From: Octopus sinensis
Lineage: Eukaryota
Direction of reading: 5' to 3'
DNA length: 64,000 bases
NCBI RefSeq assembly: GCF_006345805.1
Contig: NC_043002.1
Location: forward strand, 29,450,001-29,514,000
Below, one piece after another: positions 39,950-53,203 of this stretch. A model generated the notes under the pieces. That model had not been told where the DNA came from. It saw only the letters and a program-made list of their open reading frames with translations, and searched no databases. Numbering within the stretch: position 1 is the first letter of the stretch; every line of letters begins with the position of its first letter. The translations under genes and the position numbers were made by a program.

Positions 39950-41190
39950 TATCAGGCCATCCCATAAGTTCTGTCCAATTTTACCTTTGTTTAAAAAAAA
40001 ATTGAATGAAATTTAATAGTATTTTAGAATGTTTAGTGGAATTAAATATTATTTTACAGAATAATAGAATTAAAATTTCTTTGATTAAAACCCTTTCTAA
40101 TATGGAAGTATCCAAAGAGCTATTAAGGTACATAATGCTTTAGGAGTACAAAAACGGAAACTCTGCAGCCGAAGCGACTCGATACACACACTCAGTTTAT
40201 GGGAAAAAATGCTTAAATGAAAGAAGTTGCAGAAAACGGATTGCAAAATTCAGAAGTGGAGATTTCAGCCTTGAAGATGAAGATCGAACAGGACGTCCAG
40301 TTGAGTTTGATGATAAGTTCCTTGAGGCATAATTTGAAGAAAATCCTGCATTATCAGTTGAAGAATTGGCAATAAAGCTTATTTCAAACCATAGAAGTAT
40401 TCATCGTCATCTTCAACAACTTGGAAACGTTCCTAAACTTGGAAAATGGGTGCCTCATGAATTGTCCGAAAGCAGCCGCAAATCCCCAGTTAACATCTGC
40501 TCTTCTCTTTTTTTCTCGCGAACTCATTTCACCCTTTTTGGATAGACTTGTGACTGGGGACGAAAAATGTATCGTCTATCGAAATGTTAAACGTAGTAAA
40601 TAAACAGTGGCATGGTAGAAAAAGAAAAAAAGCTCAACCACAACCGAGAAGGGAACTTCATGGAAAAAAGGTTCTTCTCACTATCTGGTGGGATTGCAAA
40701 GGAGTAATTCCCTTTGAATTGTTACCCCCTAATGCAACAATCAATGCTCAAGTATACTGTCAGCGATTAGAGCGTTTGAACCAAGACCTGCTTTAGTGAT
40801 TCCGAAATGAGTGATGTTTCATCAGGACAATGCGTGACCCCACACTGCAAAGAACACATCACAGAAAATCGAATTGCTTTGTTGGGAAATAATTCCTCAT
40901 CCACCTTATTCTCTCGAACTTGCCGCCTTCAGACTGCTACTTGTTTCGTAGTTTACAGAATCATGTGGGGGACATAACATTGGAAAGCCAGGAGGATGTC
41001 GGAACTGACATTTCAGAGTTTTTGCTTTGAAACCAAAAGAGTTTTACATTGATGGGATTAAAAGCTTGTAAATATATGGAAGGAAGTCATAGATAATCAG
41101 GGTAAGTACATTGATGATTAAATTTCAATTAAATATAAAACTCATTTTCTTTATTCAAAATTCGAACAGAACTTATGGGATGACCTGATA
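39950..41190 (+). mobile_element. Full-length mariner (DD34D-type) transposon with a decayed transposase (40102-41121)
   Basis: TIRs tatcaggccatcccataagttctgtccaatttt and aaaattcgaacagaacttatgggatgacctgata with TA ends; length 1.24 kb. Motifs WVPHEL, VTGDEK, HQDNA and HPPYS..LA are present with stops and frameshifts. Confidence 0.95.
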
Positions 41191-41304
41191 CATAGATGCA
41201 GTCCTCCGCCACTATGGATGCGCTCGTGTCTCTGTGTGTTCATACATACATAGATATATATATATATATAAACAAGTCAAATTGCGATAAAATAAATTAA
41301 TTAT

Positions 41305-41340
<36 letters not shown>

Positions 41341-41547
41341 CATACATATATATATATATGTCTGTATGTGTATAGAGTTATATAGAAATACACAATAAAA
41401 TACTGGGGTGGATTTAATTGATTAACTCCTCTCACCAAAATTACTACCTTGTACATGTATTAGAAACGTATCATCATGAATATATATATGCATATATTAT
41501 CATCATCATCATCATCATTTTCTCCATTATCATTATTATTATTATTA

Positions 41548-41602
<55 letters not shown>

Positions 41603-41642
41603 GTTATTATTATTGTTATAGTTGTTGTTGTTATTACTATTC

Positions 41643-41843
41643 AGGCGGTCAGCTGGCAGAATCGTTAACCCGCTGGTCGAAATGCTTAGCGGTATTTCGT
41701 CTCTTTACATTCTGAGTTCAAATCCCGCCGAGTTCGACTTTGCCTTTCATCCTTTCGCTGTCGATTAGTTGAGTAGGAGCTGTGTACTGGGGTCCATCAA
41801 ATCGACTGCCCCTCACCACCAAATTGTGCCTATAGTAGAAAGG

Positions 41844-41845
<2 letters not shown>
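41643..41845 (+). mobile_element. Family A SINE with an (ATT)n tail
   Basis: ggcggtcagctggcagaatcg...gtgcctatagtagaaaggg(tta)n. Confidence 0.88.
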
Positions 41846-41912
<67 letters not shown>

Positions 41913-42108
41913 GTTGTTGTTGTTGGTGGTGGTGGTGGTGTTGGTGTTCTTGTTTTTGTTGTCGTTGTTGTTTTTGTAACATCTGACGTGGTACATCGTG
42001 CACCTGATTCGATGGAGAGAGGGAGCTAATATACAGTACGAGCATTTGATCACCATAAACAAATCATTTGTGCTGTTCGTTCGTCGAACGCTGAACACTC
42101 ATACTCAC

Positions 42109-42260
42109 CTTCGTCGAGTGAGTTCATCAGTCCATCATATATATAAACCGGAAGCCTCGTGAACAGTATGAAAAAAATTCATCTCGTAGTTGAGTAGTTC
42201 TGTCGTAGAGCGCTTGACAGTAGTGGCTAAGCTTCGCCAATCTTATTTCATCAGAAGCAC
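42109..42260 (-). promoter_or_regulatory. Candidate promoter and first exon ending in a consensus donor
   Basis: CpG-enriched unique island with AAG|gtgagt at 42109/42108, ETS-like ccggaag, CCAAT and tgacg motifs. There is no clear upstream acceptor. Confidence 0.35.
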
Positions 42261-42440
42261 GCCTGACGCGCTTCTATAAGGTTTCCTTTTACTAAAATCC
42301 ATTCGAAATTCCAAGCAAAAGTAATAACCCGTGCCACGCAGCAAAGGAATCGAACCTCGAACGGTCGTGGAAGCAAGCAGGTTAATGAAAAAAGTAATGT
42401 CTTCACTAGTGCCTTCACTTCAAATTAATATTAGTATGTA

Positions 42441-42882
42441 GGCGTAGGAGTGGATGTGTGGTAAGTCATACGCGTAGGAGTGGCTGTGTGGTAAGTAGAT
42501 TACTTACGGACCACATGGTTCCGGTTTCAGTCCCACTGCGTGGCAACTTGGGTAAGTATCTTCTACTATACCCTCGGGCCGACTAAAGCCTTGTGAGTGG
42601 ATTTGGTAGACGGAAACTGAAAGAAGCCTGTCGTATATATGTATATATATATATGTATGTATTTGTGTATATGTTTGTGTGTCTTTGTTTGTCCCCCCCT
42701 CCCAATATCACTTGACAACCGATGGTGGTGTGTTTACGTCCCCGTAACTTAGCGGTTCGGCATAAGAGACCGATAGAATAAGTACTTGTCTTACAAAGAC
42801 GAAGTCCTGAGGTCGATTTGCTCTACTAAAGGCGGTTGTCTAGCATGGCCGCAGTACAATTACTGAAACAAGTAAAAGAGTA
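42441..42882 (+). mobile_element. Family B SINE, full length, with a duplicated 25-bp head
   Basis: gcgtaggagtgg(a/c)tgtgtggtaagt occurs at 42442 and 42472. The tail is gaaacaagtaaaagag. Confidence 0.9.
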
Positions 42883-43116
42883 TATCATAATAGCTTCTAA
42901 TTAAGTACCCAAGAAATATTTTTCGTAGGAAGAGTTGGTAAATATCATCAACAACCGTATTTAACCATTATTATATTTTATCACCCTCGGAGGAATGAAA
43001 GCCTAAGACAGTTTCAACAAAATCTGAGCTCAGACCATTAAAATTTTCCTAGAAAATATACTGCGATTATGGCAATGCAGCACCATACTCAATTATATTA
43101 ATTAGTATTTATAATA

Positions 43117-43325
43117 TGGCGGCAAGCAGGGAGAAATATTACCACGCCGGGGAAAATGTTTAGCGCCATTTTGTCAGAATTTACATTTTGAGTTTAAATT
43201 TCCACTGAGATTGACTTTACTATTCTTCATTTCGAGGTCGATTAAATAAATACCAGTTGAGCACTAGGATCAACTAACCCCTTTACCCAAAATATTAATG
43301 CTTGAGCCAGTAACAGAAAGGACTA
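43117..43325 (+). mobile_element. Family A SINE, degraded
   Basis: ggcggcaagcagggagaa...cacgccggggaaaatgtttagc...gagtttaaattccactgag. Confidence 0.75.
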
Positions 43326-43864
43326 ACGTATTCTTATTATGTAATAATATACTAAATAGTATGTTATATATTCTTATCAAATATGATAGCAAAGCCTTTA
43401 TTTGTTTCACCACCATTTTGGTGATACGATGACACTGCCAGCTATATTAAAACTAATTGTTGGTAAGGCTAAAGCGTCATGTACAATAGGGTCACCAAAT
43501 TGACTTGATCATCAAATCATTTATTTGAGCTATTTCGAACCAGCAGCGAAAACCCCTAGTGATATATACATCCGGTTCGTGATTCTGAAAGAAGTGAGTG
43601 AGATAAAGTGATCTGATTATTGTTAATGTTGATGAAGATTGTTTGATGGTGGTGGGAAAGGTGTGATTGGGGCTGCTGGCGGCTACATTAAATGTTAGTC
43701 TGAAGCATGCTTGTTGTCAATCTAGTAGTAATTACCATGTCACTGTGTTCTAGTAACAGTAGCAGTAGCTGTAGTAATAGTAGTAGTAGCAGTAGCAGCA
43801 GCAGTATTGGTACTGGTGATAATGGTGTCGCTAAAGGGTGCTTGCGCGACAGGGATATGATTTT

Positions 43865-44090
43865 CGTTTTTAATTAATCCTTTCTGTTGTATGCACAAAG
43901 CCTGAAATTTTGGGGTAGCGGGCTAATTAATTACATCGACCTTACTACACAACTAATACTTAATTTATCGACCTCGAAAAGATGAAAGGCAAAGTCTATC
44001 GTGGCGGAATTAGAACACATAGAGAACGTATAGACAAACAAAATGCTACTAAGCATTTTGTCCGGCGTGCTAAAGTTTCTGGCAGCTCAA
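43865..44090 (-). mobile_element. Family A SINE, inverted relative to 43117-43325
   Basis: gcacaaagcctgaaatttt...gatgaaaggcaaagtc...gcattttgtccggcgtgctaaag. Confidence 0.8.
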
Positions 44091-44144
44091 GGTCTGATTT
44101 CGTTTTTAATTAGTAACTTACAATAACCATGGGCAACGCCTGAT

Positions 44145-44186
<42 letters not shown>

Positions 44187-44279
44187 CATACATCGATACA
44201 TACATACGATCACAAAAGCGCGTACAAAAATACGTACATATATTCATATATATGTATGTGTGTGTGTTTGTATTCACAG

Positions 44280-44311
<32 letters not shown>

Positions 44312-45031
44312 AAGAGAGAGAAAGGGAGAGAGACAGAAAGAGAGACAGATAGATATATGTAATATCTATATGTGCAAGTATATATAAATTTATTGGTTTA
44401 TTACGTAAACTTAATTTATCAACAGCGAAACTAGGGCCGATTGTTATTGCAACTTCAAAGAAATGTGTCGTAAATAAGAAAGAGTATAGCGTCTGGTCTT
44501 CCCCTGTGTTATTTGGTTTATTTCTTATTGCCACATAAAGGTCGTAAAAGATTATATAATTCACAATCAACATTTCCAACAAAACGTTTCCCATCCCAAA
44601 TATACAATTACGTTATTCGATATACAAGTCTCACTGTTCTTTGTTTTAGCTACAATTTGCAACTAAACAGAGCAGATTTGCGAGAGAACAGAACAAAAAT
44701 TCTTGTATTAATTCAGGTTAATTGCACTTTGGGTTTAAATCTTATCGATGTCAGCCTTATCTTTCAGTTTTTCGGGATTGCTAAAAAGGGGTCCTATTGA
44801 AGGATTTAGGCTTGTTGATTGGTTGGTAGAGGAGTTAAAGCGTCGGTTAGGGTGTCGTGTGACAGCATCACTTCTGGCCCTTTGGTTACCGAGTTTGAAG
44901 ATGGTAGATTAAATCCTTCATTCGGTTTAATCCTACGATCTGCTCCTTGACGAGCTTTAGCGGAGATTATTCTGTTGCAGACATGCGCTCAAGATTTACG
45001 GTTTGAGAAAGATTTCGTCCCTTCATCTTAC

Positions 45032-45045
45032 CAGTGACGAAACCT
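45032..45045 (-). CDS. Candidate 14-nt microexon (RFRH-W)
   Basis: ctcttaaatttttcag|AGGTTTCGTCACTG|gtaaga. Phase 0 to 2 exactly bridges exon 59292-59256 and exon 38601-38498. Confidence 0.42.
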
Positions 45046-46387
45046 CTGAAAAATTTAAGAGTCTTGGGAGATTTCTTTCCTTCACAGACTAAAGGATAGA
45101 AGGTGCTGATTATCATCACTAGTCCATTTCTGTTCCGTCAGAATATCTAGGATCACATTGACAAAAATATTCCTCTGATTATGAATTCAATGGGATATGA
45201 TTAGAGCGAGATATTAAGTTTATTTCAACGTGATTACGTTGGCGTTCCTTCAGTTGCGCCTCGGTAGGTTATTTTTTCGATAATAGAACGATATATTTTC
45301 AGATGAATTATAACAGTGTATTACTGGTACTTATTCTTCCTCTAACTGAAATATAAAGATTGCCAGCGTGAGATACGAAATCAGAGTATAGAGTTACAAA
45401 AGTAATTGTATTTATTTTTGTTTAACGCTGTGTTCTCTCTTCTCTCATTCTCCACCATTTTGATTAATAGCGTCCTTGTGACACAACTTTAAATCTTCAC
45501 CAAAGCAGTAATTTTCCAAGAGATTTATAGAAGACGTGTCATCTTGCATAAAAATATATACTTTTAGATGAGATGTGGAATACGAAGTTGCGATTCTCAT
45601 GAGATTCTTATGGAAATTAGCAACTTAAGTGAAATGGAAGTGGCTGGGATATCTCAACAGAAATAAGAACAGGGCGATGATGTCAGCTAACTACAAAGCG
45701 AATTTGAAACCCTTGTAACCTGATACGAAATAACAAGTTAATACAAAAATAAAATAGAATTTTATACAGAAGCATAAAAAGTGACAAATATTAGAGACCA
45801 CAATGTGCCTAACCAATATATATAGTTCAAAATAGTTTACTTTTTATTTATCTCTTAAGGAGCTTATATTCCGGGAAATGCATGGAAGCCACGGCACCAT
45901 ATTCACTACCCTAAACAATGTGATATATTTTGCTTAAATAAAATTCATGATAAAAACAAGAACTATTTATTTAAATATGCGTCTATGTATCTTAAGAGCA
46001 TATCGTTTTCTCTTTAATACCAAAACTGTTTAGTATTCTTATGATTACATCCAAGATATGTTAGAAACACAAAGATATGCTGTGAATTTTAGGTTTAAAT
46101 AATTATTTATTATTTCAGAATTGAACCTGACAGTTTCATGTACTAAAAACTATACTTAGCTGCTAACGGTTCGACTGTCGTATATTAAAACTATTTAGAG
46201 GCATGTGTAAAATTAAGCTAGTAAAATGATATATTAGTGTTTGAATACGTAATGATGCTTGATTTTAAGAAAATATTTTTGTACCAATAATACGTTATGT
46301 GAAGAGCAATTTCGGTTTTTGTCTTCAATGCTGATCAGAAAATATCCTTCTCGGGGCCACAATATACGGGGACTCAGTCGGTCAAAG

Positions 46388-46424
<37 letters not shown>

Positions 46425-46428
<4 letters not shown>

Positions 46429-46515
46429 CCTGCTTCCATATTTCCTGAGCGCCTATTAATAATAATACTGTAATTGTTCCACGTGTTGTTGTTTTTTTGT
46501 TTTCCCGTTTGGATT

Positions 46516-46573
<58 letters not shown>

Positions 46574-46664
46574 CCTTCCTGCTTCCATATTTCCTGAGCG
46601 CCTATTAATAATAATACTGTAATTGTTCCACGTGTTGTTGTTTTTTTGTTTTCCCGTTTGGATT

Positions 46665-46670
<6 letters not shown>
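46425..46670. repeat. Two identical 97-bp copies (46425-46521, 46574-46670) separated by (TA)n; related copy at ~61010-61090
   Basis: Base-for-base identity by eye. The ttcctgagcg...ttgttccacgt...tttggatta motif is shared with 61010-61090. Confidence 0.9.
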
Positions 46671-46720
<50 letters not shown>

Positions 46721-46721
46721 A

Positions 46722-47078
46722 GGTGCAGGAATGGCTGTGTGCTAAGAAACTTGCTTCCTAACCACATGATTCCGCACCATGGGCAAGTGTCTTCTACTAT
46801 AGCCTGGGGCCGACCAAAGCTTTGTGAGCGGATTTGGTTGAGGAAACTGAGAAAAGCCCGTCGTATATATATAGATATATGTGTGTGTGTTTGTTATTTG
46901 TGTCTGTGTTTGTCGCCCACCGTCGCTTGAGAACCTATGTTGGTGTGTTTACGTCCCCATAACGTAGCGGTTCGGCAAAAGAGACCGATAGAATAAGTAA
47001 TAAGTTCTGGGATAGATTTTCTCGACCAAAGGTGGTTCTCCAGCATGGCCGCAGTATGATTGAAATAAGTAAAAAAAA
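46722..47078 (+). mobile_element. Family B SINE
   Basis: ggtgcaggaatggctgtgtgctaagaaacttgcttcc...ccagcatggccgcagt. Confidence 0.88.
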
Positions 47079-47267
47079 AAAGAACATACATATATACATA
47101 TATACATACACACACACACACACTCATATGCATATTTACGTGTATCATAATATAAAATTCATTTTTGGAGCTGTGACGCCAGCAGTTTATTATGCTATCA
47201 ACATACACACACACGCAGAACCCCCCATACATACATGCATACATACAGATACATACATACATACATA

Positions 47268-47309
<42 letters not shown>

Positions 47310-47539
47310 ACATATTAAGTACAAGACATCACCAACGGGTGAAAAATGCGTAAACACACGAGAGACAAGTACAGGACAACGTAGCCTTGTTCACAGTAAG
47401 GTCTTACATTTATATACATAATAATAGGACGTCACCAACTATGCAAACAACATAAAATACGTAAAATTAGAACAAGTAAACGTAGAGAAGGGACTCTTCA
47501 TCAGTTGTCGGATGTCTACCTACTCCTCATTTGGCGCAT

Positions 47540-47812
47540 TCGGTCTCTTATGCCGGCCCGCTAAGTTTCAGGGACATAAACACACCAACATCGGTTGTTA
47601 AACAAGGGGGACACACACAGACACAAATATGCACACACATATATACACACTACATGATACTTTCTGTTTGTGTCTACCAAATCCATTCACACGGTTTGGG
47701 CCGGCTCCAGGCTAAAGTAGAAGACACTTGCCCAAGGTATCACATAGTTGGAGTGAACCCGGAACCATGTGGTTGGGAAGCCAGTTTCTTACCACATAGC
47801 CATTTCTGCGCC
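47540..47812 (-). mobile_element. Family B SINE (3'-truncated)
   Basis: cttgcccaaggt...ggaaccatgtggttgggaagcc...ctgcgcct. Confidence 0.85.
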
Positions 47813-47989
47813 TATATATTAGTAGTAACAACAATAACATCAATAGTCAGATGATTGATTACGAATTCTTTTGTTCGCACCTTGGAATGCGATTCAGAAT
47901 TCTTAGTTAATTTTCATGCTTAATTTAATTGACGTAACTGTACTTAAATTTGTAAAGGTATCTACTTGGGTTCAAAGAACATTCATTCT

Positions 47990-48320
47990 TTTATTTTTTT
48001 ATTGGTTTCAGTTATTTGACACTGGCCATGCCTTTAGTCGAACAGCTATGTTACGGGGACGTAAACACACCAACATCAGTTGTCAAGAAGTGGTGAGAGG
48101 ACGAAGACAGACACACACACAGAAACACACACACACACACACACAGAAACACACACACACACACACATACGACTGGCTTCTTTCAGTTTCCGTTTACCAA
48201 ATCCACTCACAAAGCTTTGGTCGGCCCGAGGCTATTGCCCAAGGTGCCACGCAGTAGGACTGAACCTGGAACCAAGTGGTTTGGAAGCAAGCTTCTTACC
48301 ACACAGCTACGCCTGCGGCC
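47990..48320 (-). mobile_element. Family B SINE with internal deletions
   Basis: ttacggggacgtaaacacacc...cccaaggtgccacgcagt...gcctgcg. Confidence 0.85.
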
Positions 48321-49069
48321 ATATACTAGGAGAATTCAAGTTTGTTTTTTCTTTGCGAACTTTGCCCTTAATCATTCGGCTTCGACGAAATAGTTACGAA
48401 TCAAATAGCAAGGTCGATATAATCGATTGCCACTCCCTTATTTCACAACAAAATTCTTGCCATTTTTCTAAGAAAGAAGTGGTTACCTATCACTATAGTA
48501 GTAGCACACAGTGTAATTATTTTTGTGTGTGTGTATGTTTTTTTCTTGGCTGCTGCTGCTGCTGCTGTTATTCTAGATGATCTTATTTAGCCCTCGGTCA
48601 GCCACAATCGATCAAACACGCCCAGTTCAATTAATCTTACATATATGTTTCTTTTCTCTCTCTTCCTATTACGAGATATTTTTAATAAAAATTACGTTGT
48701 GATCGTTTTCTTTCTTTATTTTCATTTTTGAAACGGACCTGTTTGATTTGAGGGTGATGTGGCTGCAATTTCCCTTCGGTCAAGTTTCCTCACACATATC
48801 TTGAAGTAGAATCCTTGATTTTATCATATGGTAGCCGTAATAGTATGATATATAGTAACAGCGACGGTAGTAGTAATAGCAGCAGCAGCTGCGGCAGTAA
48901 TAGTAGTAGAACTTGTCTTATGATGCTGTTAATTATCTTTAAAAATATATAGTGATTAAAATTTTGAATACAAACGAAAGAAAAAGTTGAACAGGACAAA
49001 TATAAACAACAAGAGGAATAAACCATTTTACGGACAAAGACAAAAAGTAATGTCAATACGAAAGAATGC

Positions 49070-49101
<32 letters not shown>

Positions 49102-49868
49102 ATGTGTGTGTGTGTATATATATATATAATATATATGTATATATATATATATATATACAAATACATATGTATATATATATATATATATAAAATGCATATA
49201 TATATGGTATATATATACACATATACATAAATATATATATTTATATATGGTATATATATATATACACATACATGTACATATGTATGTATAACTTACATAC
49301 ACATTTATACGTAGAATGTAAGACATAAAAATACACTTACATATATATATATGTATATTTATACATAATTGTTTGCGTATGTAAAGCGTGTGTATTTTGT
49401 GTATAACCGTGTGTGTGCATGAGAAAACGTGAGCAAAAATATTATTCAAATTTAAATGATACAGAAACAAACAAAATGAGAATATAAAAAAATACGTAAT
49501 TGAAAATAAAAACGCCCCTCCAAAATAAAGTAAAGAAAAAAAGTGAGATAAAAAGCGAAGGGAAAATTAAGAGAGGAATAAAGAGACAAAAGTAAAGACA
49601 CTTTACTGCATCATATTTACTACCAACTCATTCACACGTTTCAAAGCCTTCCAGATACATGCACGCATACAAACATATATACATATATACATATATACAT
49701 ACATATTTTTGGTTTATGTATGTATTATTTCGTTGGCTTTTGTACGTTTCTTTTCAGTTTTAAATTCCCTTTAAACTATCAGTTTTGATCTCTTGTGTAT
49801 GCCCTAGGTATGTTTTGTTTTTAACATACAGATATACAAATACATTAGCATGTAGCCCCATCCCATAT

Positions 49869-49928
<60 letters not shown>

Positions 49929-50418
49929 GTATTTATATGTATATACATATATATATATTCATATATGTATGTATATACGTATATATATATAGGGATATAC
50001 ATATAAACATATCTATACATGCACATATACATGTGTGTATGCATACTTATATATATATGTATTTGTGTATGTATGTATGTATGTATGGATGTATGTATAT
50101 ATATATATATATAAGATATGCGAAAGTATTCCATGTATACAAACACAAAAAAAGAAATTGAAAAATTCAGCACATGCGCACGTGCAAACAGATACTCGGA
50201 ACAAACTCATGCACAGACATACACAGACACATACCATCACAGAGCCACACACATATACAGAAATGCATAAACAAACACACGCATATACATACATATATGC
50301 GCACATACAGAAATTTATCATGTCATAGCCAATCTTATACACCTAAATAGAATTTCAATACAACTTTTTGAAATTTTAGGGCGATTGTAAAACTCAGCTG
50401 CAATAAGAACAGCAAAAG

Positions 50419-50454
<36 letters not shown>

Positions 50455-51179
50455 CTACTACTGCTGCTGCTGCTGCTACTACTACTACTAATAATAATAA
50501 TAACACCACTGCTGCTGTTACTAGCCAACGGAGAACAATTTTCAGAATTATCCCTGGTCAAATTGACCTGCAATTCAATACTTTTTACCATGATCGTCAT
50601 GCGTTTTCCAGCTATATGTACCGTGTATTACATTCTTTAATGTGTTAATTTCTAAGACAATGGGCAGTGACTTGAAGGAGACCCTGCTGTTATGTCTAGC
50701 AGATTCATTTTCCACGTTAGAACTTGTGACTGTTGGATGGGAGTTTCCAACACCTACATTCTCCATCGATACCACCACCACAACCACCACCACCGCCGCC
50801 GCCGCCGCCACATGTTGAATAAAATCATAAATTAACCAATCCTCCTGTATTTTTTTTTTTACCCAAATCTAGGAACATTTCAGCAACCCTCTCCTATACA
50901 TCAACTTTTACTTGAAGGTAAACCCAGGAATCTTTCTTTCACTGTTTTCCATCCGATGTTCCGCGTGTATGATTAGTTTTCGCGAAGTTTCTGCCGGCTA
51001 GGGTTTCGGAGCAGTTCGAGTCTATAGTAGAGGACACATAGCCAAAGTATCGCGCAGTGGAACTGAACCCGAAACACGTAGTTTGGAGAAGAACAGATAA
51101 TTTTCACAGCCATGGCCCCGCCTATATACCTGTGAAGGTATTTATGTATAAATGCGTATGTGGGCGCATGCATGTGATA

Positions 51180-51238
<59 letters not shown>

Positions 51239-52064
51239 ATGTCTATCTATCTATCTATCTATCTATCTATCAATCTATCTATCTATCTATCTATCAATTT
51301 TTTTCCTCTCCCCCCTTTTTTTTAACCCCCCCTTTTTTTTGTCCTCTTTCTCTCCTTTTACGATCCCTTTTGATCGACCCCCCTTTTTTATTTTATTTTT
51401 TTATTTTTTATTTTTTTTATTTTTTAAACCTTCAAAAGAAAAGCTCTACCTTGTAATTTGTTCTATCTGTGTGCAGCCCTGTGTGGCTAATAAAGAAACA
51501 TATCTATCTGTATGTATGTATGTATAATACGAATATACATATGTATGTGTGTGTGCGTATGAGTGTGTACTTATGTGTATATATACGTGCGCACACACAC
51601 ATACACACACACAAACGCACAAACACAGACTCACATACATATATCTATAAGTTTATTTGTATTTTCAGAATATGCTCATGGAACTTGACGGAATTCTTCC
51701 GAAGAATTCCTCTGATGTCCGTTTGCGCTGAAACGACTTTTCAATCCCCAATTTGAACATTCACGTCGTAGTTTCTTCCAACTTGTGCTGTGTTGCCTTT
51801 CTGACCAATTATGCACAACTTCGAGTTCCTTCTCTTGGCTTTTAATGATATAAACAAACACGAACCGACGTAAATACCATGTGACCTCGTTCCTTGAGAG
51901 TTGACCCTTTTATAGAGAATACCATTGGCTGCTACAGTTGGCCTACTGTCTTTTAGGAACATTACATAAATGTTATGATGCCGATGTGTTATCTCGTGAT
52001 CAATTTTGTCCGTCTCTGATTGGTTGATCTACTACTTTAGTGTCCAGATAATAATACTTTCTAA

Positions 52065-52185
52065 TAAAAGCAGGAGATCTGAAATTTTTGGAGAGGGGAC
52101 AAGTCGATTACATTGACTCCAGTGCGTAACTGGCACTTAATTTATCGACCACGAAAGGATGCAAGGCAAAGTGGACCTCGACAGA
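52065..52185 (-). mobile_element. Family A SINE 3' fragment
   Basis: gtcgattacattgactccagtgcgtaactggcacttaatttatcgacc...aggcaaagt. Confidence 0.78.
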
Positions 52186-52435
52186 AGTATCCAAATAATA
52201 ATGTAATCGAACCTGTGTGAGGCAGTTACTGGATAACTGAAGAACAAGTTTACGTTTCTTTCAGGAATGTAGTTTTTATCAGATTTCCTTCCAAATGATT
52301 CGTTCTGTGATCTTTCTGGCATGAGAAGTCAAAGACAGAGGCTGTTGTAACTCTTCACTCATGAATAGAAAATATCGTGCTCTCCCTATTGAAATATTGG
52401 AAATTAAACATTTCTAAACTACATTATCTTCTATC

Positions 52436-52810
52436 GCTTAGTTTTTCAGTCACTACACTGCGGCCATATTGCATCTCTTCCCCGAAGGCTCGAGTCGAAC
52501 AAATTGTTCTCTGTATTGCAAACAGCTAAGTTACAGGTAAGTTAACAAGACAACCTGTTGACTAGCAGCGGTGAGTGATATGCAAAAGCACTGATACACA
52601 CACACACGCATATACACCCCAATCCCCCATGTATATATATATACACACACGACAGATTTTTTAAAAAGTTTCTGTCCACTAAACTAAATTCACTAACCAC
52701 ACTTTGGTCGAACTAGGTTATAGAAGAAGACACTTGCCTAAGGTGCCGCTCAATAAGATTGAACTTAGGACTATGTGACTCGGAAGCAAATTTCTAACCA
52801 GACAGCCACA
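52436..52810 (-). mobile_element. Family B SINE, degraded
   Basis: ctgcggccat...gaagacacttgcctaaggtgcc...cagccacacc. Confidence 0.75.
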
Positions 52811-52980
52811 CCATTTGGTGAAAGGAACTGAAGTAGTTTTGTTACAACTGTTTTTACACGTTTCTGAAGTATTTTTGCACCTATTTCCATGTTGTAGACG
52901 ATTCATCAACAAAAAATTACTCTCTCTCTGGTGACAGATAAATATTATTTAATAAGCACAATTTATGTTCTTATGTGCTA

Positions 52981-53203
52981 CTACTAGTTCAGTGTGCTGA
53001 GAGCATATCAAACAGCACTTTTTAACGCGTTTGGTCTCCCAGTACAATCTTCAGACGAGGTTAAAAATGCCGTCTGGCATGCTCTCGGCGCTGCAATGCT
53101 CTCAAGCACCGCCGCGCATGCAGTGTCGGCAGATTGTGCTAGAACACCAGACATGTAAGAAAAAATGTTATCTGGCATGCTCTCAGCACATGAAACTAGT
53201 AGT
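52981..53203. mobile_element. ~220-bp MITE with TIRs and an internal second copy of the subterminal motif
   Basis: ctactagttcagtgtgctgagagcat...atgctctcagcacatgaaactagtag. The motif aaaaatgccgtctggcatgctctc is repeated at 53060-53086. Confidence 0.75.

Noticed and set aside
39942-41196. Apparent 8-bp TSD (tacataga) around the mariner
   Set aside because: It is explained by normal TA insertion into a pre-existing tacataga-tacataga tandem.
42105-42135. Minus-strand CTGATGAACTCACTCGACGAAG as a hammerhead
   Set aside because: It has GAAG instead of GAAA and no stem III. It is better explained as a splice donor context.
51686-51750. Perfect hairpin GGAATTCTTC-C-GAAGAATTCC followed by CTGATG...GAAAC and preceded by a strong plus-strand acceptor
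   Set aside because: The core lacks A9 and the stems, all exon frames hit stops, and there is no donor. I cannot support it as a ribozyme or an exon.
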